Positions 42,601 through 57,600 are shown, counted from the stretch's first letter. The stretch: DNA of 64,000 nucleotides from Laetmonice hystrix (GCA_965235115.1 OZ249436.1:46686001-46750000), one strand, 5' to 3'. Program-made: numbers and translations. Notes: a model not told the origin generated them from the sequence alone.

Positions 42601-45600
42601 TAGCGGGGCGGGACCGTTAGTCCGACAGCCCATTGGTCAGACAGACCAATCTCCTATGGGTTAGAGTTAAGGTTAGGTATAGGGTTAGTTATATTTGGTT
42701 TTAGGCCAAAATGGGCTGTCGGACTATTGGGCTGTCGGACTAACGGACCTAGAGCCAAATACCAATGGACTCCGGTTACTGCCAGCAAAGTGTCCAGTTC
42801 TGTTTTATCTGAGGTAATTCGATAACATTCTGTACTACACCGACGGTCCCCATCAACCATAACGTTTCGACATTCTCAGAGTATATTCATACCAGCATGT
42901 GTTCAGGATACGGGAGACGTGTGTCAAATGCAAGAACCTCCCCTGGGGCGTAATTACTATGTAAATCTGGCATACAATCAACTTTTCTTTCATGGAGGCT
43001 TGTGACTGGAGATAACATTATCAAGCTACCATCACAGGGAAGATACTGATATTCTCCAACAGTCCATAAATTCTCAATCTGCATCCTTAAATCAAGAAAC
43101 AAGGAAATTAGAATTGCTCATTACTCAATTTAAAATCAAACGTTGGATCTATTCCGTTCTACAAACATCCCCCCCCCCCCCTGCCTCAGATAATTTCTTC
43201 CTTTTTTTGGTCACTGTAGGTCTCATGGGGAATATGTGCCGGTACGACTCGTCATTCTGGTGTCTGGGGCTCGTCTGACCTAGGTTCACAGTGTGTCCTC
43301 CAGGGGGCGTCTGTATCAGTGGGCAAGGTCTGAGGTTATCTGAGGTAGACATTAATTCTCTCTATAACCAGTGCCCGAGTTCTCAGCACCGAGACACGGC
43401 CATATTCTGACCGAGACACGGCCATATTCAGACCAAGACACGGCCATATTCAGACTGAGACACGGCCATATTCAGACCGGGACACGGCCATATTCAGACC
43501 GAGACACGGCCATATTCAGACCGGGACACGGCCATATTCAGACTGAGACATGGTCATATTCAGGCCGAGACATGGCCATATTCAGACTTAGAGCACCGGG
43601 CAGCACATCGACCCTTCCTTTAATACTATTTACATTTTATTCTAATTTCAGTATTATTGAATTTCAATCGTACCAAACTCTGCTCTGACATTAATCGAAT
43701 TTCACTCTAGCAAGAACAAATTGAGATATCTGGTTTGACAACTCAAGCGTGTGTACATGTTGATGCCGCAATATACGATGTATACGATGAACCTGGTGGC
43801 ACTGTTTACGCTATCATCACGAAAGCTTGCCTCGATTTTATTGATTCAAAATGCTGGTTTGAACTTGTATTTTTTTAAAGCTGTTTTAGAATTTGTATTT
43901 TAGCTAGGGTGGTCAGACATGGTGAGTTATATTTTATAACACTGTCGATGAGTGTGGGGAGATTGTGAGGTGACAGTGGACCACCTAACTGACTACTACC
44001 ACATTCGGGAGACCATAGGAGAAGGGAACGGTACATATTAGGAACAGGATTAAGACAATTACTGTAGGCCGCCAAGATTTCTCGACATTTACATGTTGTA
44101 ATTTGTCGATTTAAACAAAATTTTCGCCTTCTCCTCGCGATGACATTTACAAGGTTCTGTTCCAACTCCTTTCTCCTCCAAACAACTCCTTTTTTGTCAT
44201 TAAATTCTGTAAATTAAGAACACACGTTTATTTTAAAGATTACTGTATGAGCCTCCTGTCACTTCATTTCGCCGAGTTTTCTATCTTTAAACAAGCTGTG
44301 TTATAATGAGCCTCTTGTCGCTCCATTTCGCCGAGTTTTCTATCTCTAAACAAGCTGTGTTATAATGAGCCTCCTGTCCCGGAATGATACCCTAACCTTT
44401 GCGTGTTGCTATGACAACGTACATCTTCTGGCACCCAAGTCTCCATGCCCGACAACCTACATAAAACCCTGGACGCTCTGACCTGAACACCTTATCCCAC
44501 AGATCGGAGCTGACAAAACAGATATTTTGACTTTCAGTATGAATACACTAGAGGTGACCAGTTCTGTGCTAGAACTATGTAGCAAAAAGGCATTACCAGA
44601 AAACAAATAAGAAAGGAAAAACGGTTTTAATGTAAACTTACCCAAAATAGATACTTTAGAAAGGAATTCTTCATACATCTTCCTCTTCCGTATCGTGCTG
44701 CCCTGTTACGAGAGAAAACACAACTTCGTTAAATTAGATGAACAGTAATCACAACAGTAAGCCACTGTGAACTAATAAATATTTAACCCTACGATGAACG
44801 AATCACAACAGTAAGCCACTGTGAACTATTAACTATTTAACCCTACGATCAATCAAAGTATTAACCCTACGATTTGATACACTACGTGATATGGAGCCGA
44901 GTCTCCACGACTAAAGGTCACTGCTTCGGATGTGCGCAGATCAGGACAAGAGACTGCGGTCTTGGCCTCATCTCAACACGGGCGTGGGGGTGTGGGGGTG
45001 TGGGGGTGTGGGAGGGGTTCGGAGACAGCGCCATCTTGTGTCAATCAAGCCGAGGACGGAAGTGCTGCCACAGTTGCCCGCCCTCCGCCATTAGACCGCC
45101 GACACTGTCGGACAATGTGTCGGATCCAATCGGCCGCCAGAGGTCACTGTCTCCCATTACCCACAGACCACGTGATTATGTGGGCGTAGGAGACTGCCAA
45201 CTGACAAGGACCTTTACGGCTTCCATTCGTACTGTGAATGCCGTCTAGGTAAGGTTGGTACTTCCTCAGGTGGCGTCTCCATGGGACAGCCTAACGACAA
45301 GCAGGCAGACTGAACACCTTCACTTGAACAACGAGTGGGACCCATGTGCAGCGAGATGTGCGCAGGTTTTTCTGCCAAACAATTTCCTTTCTGAACCACA
45401 ATTACTGAATGGGCTAGCTTATACTCAATAAAAGAAAATTAAAAAGGCTCGTTATGGTTGATCACCTATTTTATGTGGATCCCACCTGCTGGGACAGGCA
45501 GGCCTTGAAGTTGTCAGGCAGTCAGCAATGGCAGAATAGACTGGCATAGCCATAATCCTGAGGAGACAAGTGCTATGATCTGTCAACTCCTGGAGCGACT

Positions 45601-48600
45601 GCCGGTGGCCGGTGACGTACTCGGTCCTTTAGGACACAGCAACGAGTATACAAACACGGTCAAGTGAACATTATTTAAAATATAGGATATGGCGGCCGTT
45701 GCCGTCCACGCATGAGTGGACACAGTCCTTATATGGACACTGGCCGTGTGGATCAAGTCTGAGAATGAATGGGTTAACACGGTGTTCCACGTTTGGTTCA
45801 GGTCTAAGAATGAATGGGTTAACACGGTGTTGCACGTTTGGATCAAGTCTGAGAATGAATGGGTTAACACGGTGTTCCACGTGTGAATCAAGTCTGAGAA
45901 GGAATGGGTTAACACGGTGTTCCATAATTTTGTCAAAGTGAATTTGACAGCCTCTGTGGTCAAGATTTCCATTAAATGGCAAAACTTGGCTCACTTCGGA
46001 CTGGGGGATACGCATGGGATCCTACGGCGCCGCCCGTGTGACCGAATGGAGTCCCAAATCAATGGAAACTTAATTATACACTTCTGGCTTTGGCATCAGT
46101 CATAAAATCGTTATCACGAGTCACATAACTGAATGCTTCACCGTCTGAGAGACCAGTCAATAAGGACAAGTTTGTATGGCGTCGTTCTCGACAGACTGTC
46201 CTAATACAGCACCGAATTCTCAGCCATCAATATAATTAAGGTAGACTGCTACTGTAGAAGAATTGGTTTACAATCAATTGATATTTTAAGTTTGATCGGC
46301 TGGTTTTAATGGAGAATGAAGAAAATACATGTATTAACGTTATTACAATTTTAGCCACGCAAGAACTTCATCTACTTCCATTTATTAAATTAGCGAAACT
46401 ATTAGCACTTTGTTTCTCGTGAACGGAATGTATTTGTAGTGTCCCCTGAGAAAGGTCTTGGTACGATCAATAAACCAGGATAAGTGGCAGCCATTAGCCG
46501 TTATGATCTCCACCAAGCACGCCACTATGCTCAGCCATTTAAAAATGGGTAATCAACGAATAATTGCATTTACTTTTATAATTTATATTATGGAGTCGAT
46601 CAAACTCTTCTCGTTTGTTTTCTGTTAGAAACGTTGCAGCTGAGTAAAATATTCAGGCAAGTTACAACATTCATCACACTGAATTAGTGGGTGATAGCTA
46701 GGGACGTCCAACTTGAGTCAGAATTCCATGTATCCATGTCTAGCAGACCACTACTGTACAATATTAGTCTATGAGTCTGGTGCCGTATACTATTACCGCC
46801 CAGAGTATGAGTCTGGTGCCGTATACTATTACCGTCCAGAGTATGAGTCTGGTGCCGTATACTATTACCGCCCAGAGTATGAGTCTGGTGCCGTATACGT
46901 TTATCGTTCAGTGTACAGCCAGGGTCGTATGCAGTAAAGAATGAGTCGGGGACAGTCGCCGTTCAAACGGGTATTTGTCATTAAAGGCATACTCATGTCT
47001 GTCAATTGTGGGTCCGTCTTTGAGAAATTACTACGGAAAGTGTAGGGGGTGGGGGGTACCGCCCCCTGCCATCCGTCCTGCCCCCACTCATCTAGGTAGG
47101 GCACTCACATCAGAACTGACCCGCATACAACTACTGGTAGTAGTCTATGAAAAAGGCCGATTGCTGCGTAACCTCTACACATACTAGAGACAGTGGGAGA
47201 ACGACGGACCTCCAACCTATACACATACTAGAGACAGTGGGAGAACGACGGACCTCCAACCTCTACACATACTAGAGACAGTGGGAGAACGACGGACCTC
47301 CAACCTCTACACATACTAGAGACAGTGGGAGAACGACGGACCTCCAACCTATACACATACTATAGACAGTGGGAGAACGACGGACCTCCAACCTATAAAC
47401 ATACTATAGACAGTGAGAGAACGACGGACCTCCTACCTATACACATACTAGAGACAGTGAGAGAACGACGGACCTCCAACCTATACACATACTAGAGACA
47501 GTGGGAGAACGACGGACCTCCAACCTATACACATACTAGAGACAGTGGGAGAACGACGGACCTCCAACCTATACACATACTAGAGACAGTGAGAGAACGA
47601 CGGACCTCCAACCTATACACATACTAGAGACAGTGGGAGAACGACGGACCTCCAACCTATACACATACTAGAGACAGTGGGAGAACGACGGACCTCCAAC
47701 CTATACACATACTAGAGACAGTGGGAGAACGACGGACCTCCAACCTATACACATACTAGAGACAGTGGGAGAACGACGGACCTCCAACCTATACACATAC
47801 TATAGACAGTGGGAGAACGACGGACCTCCAACCTATACACATACTATAGACAGTGGGAGAATGACTCCACTGTGGGTCAGTGACTGAGTGAGTAATGGTG
47901 GTTTTACGCCGTGTCCGCACCCAAGGCCATCTTCACAATATGTTATAGTAATGAATAGTAAAAGGGACCTATTTTATACCGAGTCCCAACGGGAACTTCC
48001 GAAAACATCCTAGAATACTCCGTTGACTGAGCCAGTGCAGTGTGGGTGAGTGACGTTGGTCTCTGTCTCTGACACCGAGCGAGGTGGACTGGAGTGTGGC
48101 AGGGACAGGGTGGGTGGGGTAGCGGGGTGCAGGTGGTCCCGGGGCAGTGCCGGGGGCTCAGAGATTCCAATATGGAGATGGATGTATGTGATATGAATAC
48201 AGTCTCGCTGAACGACCTGATCTCAGCGCCAATAGCTGAGAATGAGATTATTATAGCGTTCCGGGAGGACAGGCCGGTAACACGGAACACATCGATCAGC
48301 TGACACAAGGTTCCAACATGAACGTACCATTAGTATCCTCCTGTAACTGTCCCTGTCAATCCCCCATAACTTCACATCAGTCTTGGCCTGCAAACAAACA
48401 ACATCACATTTAATAGGAGCAAACAATAGAATACATTGTTCAGGCTTCAAACAAAATCACATTTAACAGTTGACCCGACCCGGACCCGGACCCGGACCCG
48501 GACCCGGACCCGGACCCGGACCCGGACCCGGACACGACCNNNNNNNNNNNNNNNNNNNNNNNNNNNNNNNNNNNNNNNNNNNNNNNNNNNNNNNNNNNNN

Positions 48601-51600
48601 NNNNNNNNNNNNNNNNNNNNNNNNNNNNNNNNNNNNNNNNNNNNNNNNNNNNNNNNNNNNNNNNNNNNNNNNNCCCGACCCGGACCCGACCCGGAGACGA
48701 CCCTGACCCGACCCGGACCCGGACCCGGACCCGGACCCGGACTCGGACCCGGACCCGGACCCGGACACGACCCGGACCCGGACCCGGACACGACCCGGAC
48801 CCGACCCGGACCCGGACCCGACCCGGACCCGACCCGGACACGACCCGGCCGCGGACCGGGACCCGGACACGGACCCGGACCCGGACCCGGACCCGGACCC
48901 GGACCCGGACCCGGACCCGGACCCGGACCCGGACCCGGACCCGGACCCGACGCAGTCTGAGGAGTCCACGGTGAGGAGAATGTATGAACGGGAGTGACAG
49001 GTGTCAGCGGTAACGGTAAACCCGTCTGTTTAGTGTTTCTGCCGCTGTCTATCTGAGCGGCATTACCTGACACCTCCCCCCCCCCACACCCCACCCAACC
49101 CCGTGTGGAAGGAGACCCGACAAGTCGATATCAAGCCGATCATGGTAACAGACACCGTCAGTATGACCACGGGTCGGGGGTCGCATTGATAGAAATATCC
49201 AATCGACAGCCAGTAGACATGTAGGATATCAAAACAAAATTGTTTTTTCTTGCTTTTACTGCTGACTGCCCCCCCCCCCGGAAAAATAATCATTGCTCGA
49301 AGGAAGAGAATATTTTATATCAGACAGCGTCCTCATTAATGACACCCGTTAATTAAGGAAACACCCGAGAGGATGACAATTACATTATTGTACCTGGCTT
49401 GGATTTCTCGGGTTTCTTATAATTAAAAGGTTTCTCTCCCTTGGTAATTAGGAATCTATGATCAGCAGCCCACACAAAATGTGTCCGGTTGTTACTTCCT
49501 GTATGTCAGGTCCTGCCTCTGCCATGTTTCACCACCCTATAATGTCTACCTCCCGCTTTTATTAAAACACACTTTGTATGTTAATTCTTACAAAAGTTAC
49601 ATCTCAAAATGTCAGGGGTTTTTGTGGTGGTGGTGGGGTGTGGTGGTGGGGTGAGGTGGTGGTGGTGGGAGTGGTGGTGGGGCCACGTAATTGCACTCAC
49701 TCTGTTATCTTTTTTCGGGATCACAGCAGGTGGGTGTTGGGCGTAAGGGCTTTAAGAGAAGTTCGAATCATTTTTCCGTTTGTCTGATCTCGTTTAACTA
49801 GGTTAACAGACTCATTCAACTCATTCAGTCAGGCTTAAAATAGTTTGACCATCGCGGCAGCCAGCGACGCCAACAGTGACACCATTCTCATCGCGTCTGT
49901 ATTCTTTCTTCGTGTACCAACACGGGGTTTCAAGTGGCAAACAGGTACAAGGGATCCCAGAAACATGGGTTTGTAAGTGGCATGAACAGGTACAAGGGAT
50001 CCCAGAAACATGGGTTTGTAAGTGGCATGAACAGGTACAAGGGATCCCAGAAACATGGGTTTGTAAGTGGCACGAACAGGTACAAGGGATCCCAGAAACA
50101 CGGGGTTTGTAAGTGGCATGAACAGGTACAAGGGATCCCAGAAACACGGGTTTGTAAGTGCCACCAACAGGTACAAGGGATCCCAGAAACACGGGTTTGT
50201 AAGTGCCACCAACAGGTACAAGGGATCCCAGAAACATGGGTTTGTAAGTGCCACCAACAGGTACAAGGGATCCCAGAAACATGGGTTTGTAAGTGGCATG
50301 AACAGGTACAAGGGATCCCAGAAACATGGGTTTGTAAGTGGCATGAACAGGTACAAGGGATCCCAGAAACATGGGTTTGTAAGTGGCATGAACTGGTACA
50401 AGGGATCCCAGAAACATGGGTTTGTAAGTGCCACCAACAGGTACAAGGGATCCCAGAAACATGGGTTTGTAAGTGGCACGAACAGGTACAAGGGATCCCA
50501 GAAACATGGGTTTGTAAGTGCCACCAACAGGTAAAAGGGATCCCAGAAACACGGGTTTGTAAGTGTCACCAACAGGTACAAGGGATCCCAGAAACATGGG
50601 TTTGTAAGTGGCACGAACAGGTACAAGGGATCCCAGAAACATGGGTTTGTAAGTGGCACGAACAGGTACAAGGGATCCCAGTAATTGCTTTAAGAAAGCG
50701 GTGACAGGCCGTGAACGCAGGACTTGGGGCTGAGATATTAAATAACATGACTGAATTGTGGACCCTGGTTCCGTGTCATACGTAATCAAGTCTAAGCACA
50801 ACCAGCACGGATCAATCTAAGATTTACCTCGGGAGATAAAAGCACCCCCCCCCCCCTCGGGAGATATCTGAGATGTGTGGTAATTGCACGAGAGACGCGC
50901 AACCTTACCTGGAAGCACCACGGTGGGAGGGGGGGGAACAAACCCATTAATACAATCTCACGAAACTCTGACTGGTGAGGTTAATGTCCTGGTGCCGATC
51001 ACCTGCTGGGAACGTGGGCAGAATCAAGGTACAATAGTATACCTGGGGCTCGTTTCACTAAAACTGTACGAGCTCGTATATGGCCTTATAGGTCGTAAAC
51101 AAGAAAAAACTCGTACATTTTCCTACTATGATTTATAGAAAATACGAGCTCGTAAAATATGAAAAATAGTGAAACGCTCCCCTGGTCTCCTTTTACGGTC
51201 TACAAATATAACGGTCTCCCACAAACAAACAGGTTGCACTCGATAAAACATACATTTAGATTTCAATCAGGGGCCATCATGAAAAGGAAATGACCCAATG
51301 GTTGGAGTTTTGAAGTAAATTAACTTAGACCAGTCATGCTGCACCTCAGCAAGGTTGGCGCAGATAATGTTTTCACGCCAAATGATATGAATCACCTTTT
51401 TTTTAAAACACTTTTAATATTATTCTTACTGAATTTAACAAAAGTAATCAAATATACATAGGAGTATATTTATAAAATTATGACATATTTCAGTAATAAA
51501 ATCCTATTCTTATATATAAGGATATATGTAAGGTTGCGTTACCTTGACTGTGGCGGCCCGGGGGGTGCCGTAAATTAGAGCCAGCTCGCCAAAGCTCCCG

Positions 51601-54600
51601 CCGTCCCCAATAACAATAACAAGCTCGTTGTGGACGTAGACCTGAAAGTAACCAATCAAATTGCGCTGTCGTGAGTATGGTTCTCGCGATAATCATCACA
51701 TGTCGTGAGAAATTCCGATTACAGAGGCCGTTATTCTACCGTCACGTGCCTGTGTTACATGGGGACTTCGTGTTGTATATGACAGGCGGTGTGTGTGTGT
51801 GGGGGGGGGGGGGTCGAGCCGATCACACTGCACCACAACCACACCAAGTCAGACACTTGAGTTCTTTACGTAGTATGGGTTCTCAAACACAGCAAACACT
51901 GCACCACAACCACACCAAGTCAGACACTTGAGTTCTTTACGTAGTATGAGTTCTCAAACACAGCGAACACTGCACCACAACCACACCAAGTCAGACACTT
52001 GAGTTCTTTACGTAGTATGGGTTCTCAAACACAGCAAACACTGCACCACAACCACACCAAGTCAGACACTTGAGTTCTTTACGTAGTATGAGTTCTCAAA
52101 CACAGCAAACACTGCACCACAACCACACCAAGTCAGACACTTGAGTTCTTTACGTAGTATGAGTTCTCAAACACAGCAAACACTGCACCACAACCACACC
52201 AAGTCAGACACTTGAGTTCTTTACGTAGTATGAGTTCTCAAACACAGCAAACACTGCACCACAACCACACCAAGTCAGACACTTGAGTTCTTTACGTAGT
52301 ATGGGTTCTCAAACACAGCAAACACTGCACCACAACCACACCAAGTCAGACACTTGAGTTCTTTACGTAGTATGAGTTCTCAAACACAGCGAACACTGCA
52401 CCACAACCACACCAAGTCAGACACTTGAGTTCTTTACGTAGTATGGGTTCTCAAACACAGCAAACACTGCACCACAACCACACCAAGTCAGACACTTGAG
52501 TTCTTTACGTAGTATGGGTTCTCAAACACAGCAAACACTGCACCACAACCACACCAAGTCAGACACTTGAGTTCTTTACGTAGTATGGGTTCTCAAACAC
52601 AGCAAACACTGCACCACAACCACACCAAGTCAGACACTTGAGTTCTTTACGTAGTATGGGTTCTCAAACACAGCAAACACTGCACCACAACCACACCAAG
52701 TCAGACACTTGAGTTCTTTACGTAGTATGGGTTCTCAAACACAGCAAACACTGCACCACAACCACACCGCGTCAGATTTATATAAAGCCAGTTTCTTTCC
52801 TCCCCATACGTCACACACCTTGAAGGCATTCTCCTCCAATACACTTGTTCTTTTCTTATTCGAGATCAAAGTGGTTGTACACATGTACCAGATCACCTTC
52901 GATAGAGTTGCCGTTAGTAGTATAGGCAAATGGGGGAAATTGTCGTCCTCATAGCTACATTATAACGGGACGTCAGCCTCAAAGCTAGGGCAACAACTGT
53001 GTCATGTACTCGGTGACCTTCGCGTTGTGAGAGGAACAAAGAAAGGTCACCATGAATGACGTCACTTCAAGCTCTGCCTTGACCAACCAACGTTTCCGGC
53101 TAAAAAAGTTGTCCTTTGGCCCGCTGGCGGTGATCGTAATCCAATATCAGCGTCTTCATTGTCACCTAGCCGGCAGGTCCCGCGGTCCGCTCTTTTCAAG
53201 GCAGGAAAAGGTCAGAACAAATGACCTTGCCGCCCAGCCAGAAGACTGGGAAATATTAGAACGTCATTAAAACCCCTGTTTTCAACCTTCCCTTTTATTG
53301 CTATCTGTATCTCGGACAATGTACTTTGTATGAATATGTAAAATTCGCTGAATCATTCACAGAAAGTCAAAATCCCCTGCCTTTCCCGACCTTGAGAAAA
53401 CAGTAAGAAATCACGAAACGTTAAGGCTGAGGGCAGTGCGATGAGCTATGACTAAGGAGTAGATCTGCTTCAACTCAATACGGACGTCATAGTGCTCGAC
53501 TCCCCCTGAGAGATGGATAACAATGAATGATGTAATGTGACCCCTGACAACATCTTCCACTCTAACAGATGACACATTAGGGTTATCAAAGGTTTTATAA
53601 CATTTGTTCATCAAGTGATGCCTCTAAATGGCACTGCAGACAGCGTGATGCGTAATCCTCATCACGCTGCCTGACAGTGCCATTCAGAGGCAACAAAAAG
53701 TTACGTAATCCATGAATGCACTGACCAATCAGGATGAAATAAAGACCATTATTCTTGAAAAAAAAATCCTTTTAACATTATGTGAAGCTCGTAAATGTGA
53801 CAGGTGTGAAAATATATGGGTGTGCAATATTTTGGGGACACCCTGTATGCCCGGCCACGGACCGTCCCGTCTTTTTAAGTTTTAAATGAGACCGAATGTG
53901 TGACGATAACAGGCAGCTACATCTGACATAATTGATCCGGCAACCTACCATGCTGCATACCACGCAGTTTTTTATAATGCATATATTATTTGTGTGCTGC
54001 CCCAGCCTCTCTCCATCTCCTTCCATGACCGCCTCTTTCTCTCTCTCCAGTGTCATATTCATTTATTCTCGAGCATGCGTTGTTAGTGGATTTTGATACT
54101 TGTCAAATTTTAATGAGTAATTAATGGCTTGGCGCCCACGTACCTGAACACAGTATATGGTATTCATATCAATTCTTTTATAGACATGCAGGGTTTCATA
54201 CAGAGGGGGGGACGGGGGGGGGATTTATCCCCCCCCATGATTGGGACATGAGGGGGATATCCCCCCCCCCATCAATCTGCAGAGCAGTGTTTTTTTTAAA
54301 GGTATCTGAACATAGTTTCAACGTCGACAACGAAATGTCTATGAATAATCCTGACAATCCTCCCTTCTGATGTCGAATAATATTGTAATGATGCATTTAT
54401 TTAAAACGTTGGTATGATTCTGTTTGCTGTCACTGCCAATTTTGTGTTTTTGGCGTAAAAATTGTGGATTTTTTGGTGGTAGATTTAGTGAAGATTCTCG
54501 CTCTGAGAGGCCAGGAAAACGCATCTCCGGAGTTCCCGAAAAAAAATTCTGGGGGAGGGCCCCCAGACCCCCCGTTCCGGCCAGCCTCCGGCGGGCTCGC

Positions 54601-57600
54601 CAGTCCCCCCCATTAAATATTAATTATGACATGGAAACATGAAATACGGCCATGTTTATTGCAGCAGGTGGAGATATCGTCGCACTGCTAGACTCGACGA
54701 TTCACTGATTGTGCTAATATACAAGACAATCTAGATCGCCACTCGCTCGCAAGTCCCTATCTACGTATAATATGTACATATGGGTAACGGCCTGTACTTA
54801 CTATCGCGTTTTACCGCTGCAGAAAACCGCGGCGCACAACGCCGAGATTGGTACAACTGAATTTCATCGACTGGTTTTCACACTAATTTTGATGGTTCAC
54901 TAATTTTGTGCTGTTAGGATCGAAATTAGTTCCCAGGATAGGTAGTTTTGTCAAAATTAGTTCCCTGGGAACTAATTTCGCAGGGAACTTGCGCGACACC
55001 TGGGTGAATATGGAATGATCATGATGCTCCGAAGTCAAAGGTGCTATACACAACCCCTCGGCCTCGGAGGGTCTTACAATATCCACTGACTTAAAGAAAC
55101 TTGATTACAGGGCCCGGTTTTTTTGTTTACTTTTCCACCGTGAGCAAGGGTGAGATGAGCTGAGCAAGGGTGAGCATGAGCTCATTCTCGCCGTTTTCAT
55201 GTTTTTTGTTGTTGCTTTTTTCCATGAGGCGTGCTCATGATGAGCAAGCTCGCGGAAAAACACCCCAAAAAACGAAAACAGTGAGCAAAACAGTGAGCAT
55301 GAGCTTCTGCTCACCCTTGCTCAGCTCAGCTCACCCTTGCTCACGGTGGAAAAGTAAACAAAAAAACCGGGCCCAGAACAGTCGGTCGACTATTTCTGGA
55401 TGACAATGTTGTCTTAATGTACCTGATGCTGACTTGAAACGTTTCTGTCCTCAGAATACTGATCACATTAACACCCCTCAATGTATCGTGTCCCCACGTC
55501 ATCCTGGACTCAGACAAACGTATTGATCGCCCCCCCGGCCCTTCCTATACCTCCTTCACCATCTGTCGTGATGACACAGAGGAGCTATGGCAGCACAGTA
55601 CGACAAGTGCCACTAATAGGACAGCTGGCCACTACCAGAACGGATGGCAATAAGTGCCACTATAACCGGGCAGAATGGCAACAAGTGCCACTAACCGAAC
55701 TGGCGCCTTACATACAAATGCTGACACGCCCGTTTGGCGAGTCTTAGATTAGCTCAAACAAAATGCTGACTCTTCATTTTATCAATGGCGTTACTGTCAG
55801 CTAAACTACAATCGATTTACATGGTTCTTGGAGTTTCCGCACAAGTAAGATTAAGGCTTTTCAAAATTTCTGGTAGGTCTGAATCAATGATTTAAAGTAA
55901 AGTCAAAGAACAGCCAATGAAATTCATCGGTTCTTGAATGAATTTTATTGGCTGTTCAAGTCAATGCCAGATCAATAACCAGCCATGAGACGATCGCTTC
56001 ATGGCGACAACAGACAACTGGAATGTTGAATTTCATTAGATTTCTGTGGGTATCCATTTATGTATTGATTTATGTATTGTAACTCTACGGCCTTATCTAA
56101 CCTGACAACCCATGTCTGCATCTTGGAGTAATTGACATGAGAGATAGTCGGTGTTTGCTTTAATCTTAGACTTTGTTTTGTATGCATGTTCGTTGGTTAA
56201 TCTTAGAATTTGTATTGTATGTACATTTTCTTTGGTTAATCTTAAACTTTGTTTATCGTATACATGTTCTTAGGTTAAAGACCTTTTAGACCTTGTAAAA
56301 GAAACATAACTGGAAGGTAAATCGTAGATATTGTAAACTGAAAGCAGTGTCGAAAAAGTAAGCTCCAAGGTTGCTGGTTCTGCACTGTGTAAACTGCAGG
56401 CAGTCTTGACAGCTAATCTTGCACCCTGTAAGTCATGACCAGACTCCAGCCTAGTCCCATGACCTGCACACGCTGAACAAACCGACACTAAACGCAATTA
56501 ACCAAGCTTTTTAGTCTTATCAGTCGGTGGGCGAGAAGCCAAGCTTTTAGCGCTACTTAAACCATTAACTGTTGTAATATCGAGTCGTCATTGCCAGGCG
56601 GCCTTAGAGCCAGGTCATCCACCCACACCTGAGTACCGTTGACAGCAGGGTGGGGCTATCTCCCGCCACCAATATCTTCAGTATTCCTGACTAGGGACGG
56701 TGTTTATAGGCGCCACTGACAAAACAGTCCTGACACTGGCATCGCCAAGTGGTATCACCACACATACTCGAACAAATATTTCTGAAATACGATTAGTCAG
56801 CGGTCCTGCGGGACTAGCATCACTCTACACAAAGAGAAAGAGCTTCTGAAATGTTAGTAGATTGTTCCCCATAGAACAGCACTCTAGAACGGCTACAAAC
56901 TTGACTTGAACGATATGTGTTAGATCGCCAATCCCCAAATCTTCATATTCCCGCTTATAAAGAGAATATGGCCGGTAATAAAGGAGTTTTAAAGCTCCTA
57001 TAAAACTGAATACACCATCCTTCATAACTCATACAAAAGGAGATGTTTACAGCGAGAGATTTAAACGGTCCTCACAATACCACAATATCGTCCTCTGTGT
57101 CAGCGCATTGAGGACAATGAACGCCCTCTAACGGCCGCCTGTCAGTGGATATAAAACACGCCTCAACTACCGACAACGGCTTATAAAGGAGTTTCTCCGA
57201 GCCACTAAAGGCCCAGACATTCATCACTGACTCTGTGAATGGTGATTCCATGACCGCCACCATCATCCGAGCCAAGGCCGGGCAGACATCAGCTTGTTTA
57301 TCTGGAGAGCACGTCTTTGTAAATTATCTATAAGAATAACTTGTCACAAAACGTCCGTGACTAAACGATCGGGTCCAATTAAAGACTTGCTCCCCGTCCT
57401 AGAGAATGGTTCTTTTAAATGGGAAAGGGATGCCCGTCCCGTCCGCCGTAATTAAAGAGATAGAGAGACAGGCAGGCAGAGTCAGAGACAGAGACAATGA
57501 GAGACAGAGAGACAGGCAGTCAGTCAGAGATAGAGACAGAGAGACAGGCAGGCAGAGTTAGAGACATAGACAATGAGAGACAGAGAGACAGGCAGGCAGA

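Noticed and set aside
48436-49094. Gly-Pro / Arg-Val / Thr-Arg repeat 'proteins'
   Set aside because: Translations of the (CCCGGA)n microsatellite across an N gap.
49821-50801. 256-326 aa ORFs in several frames
   Set aside because: Read-through of the 45-bp minisatellite.
55908-55957. 20-bp-arm hairpin (GAACAGCCAATGAAATTCAT / ATGAATTTTATTGGCTGTTC)
   Set aside because: Too short for a typical pre-miRNA and adjacent to a Kolobok-like fragment; most likely TE-derived.
56825-57275. Two short minus-strand ORFs both containing KLLY(K/Y)
   Set aside because: Checked as possible alternative PRKAR1 exons; no similarity to CNB sequence and no suitable splice sites.
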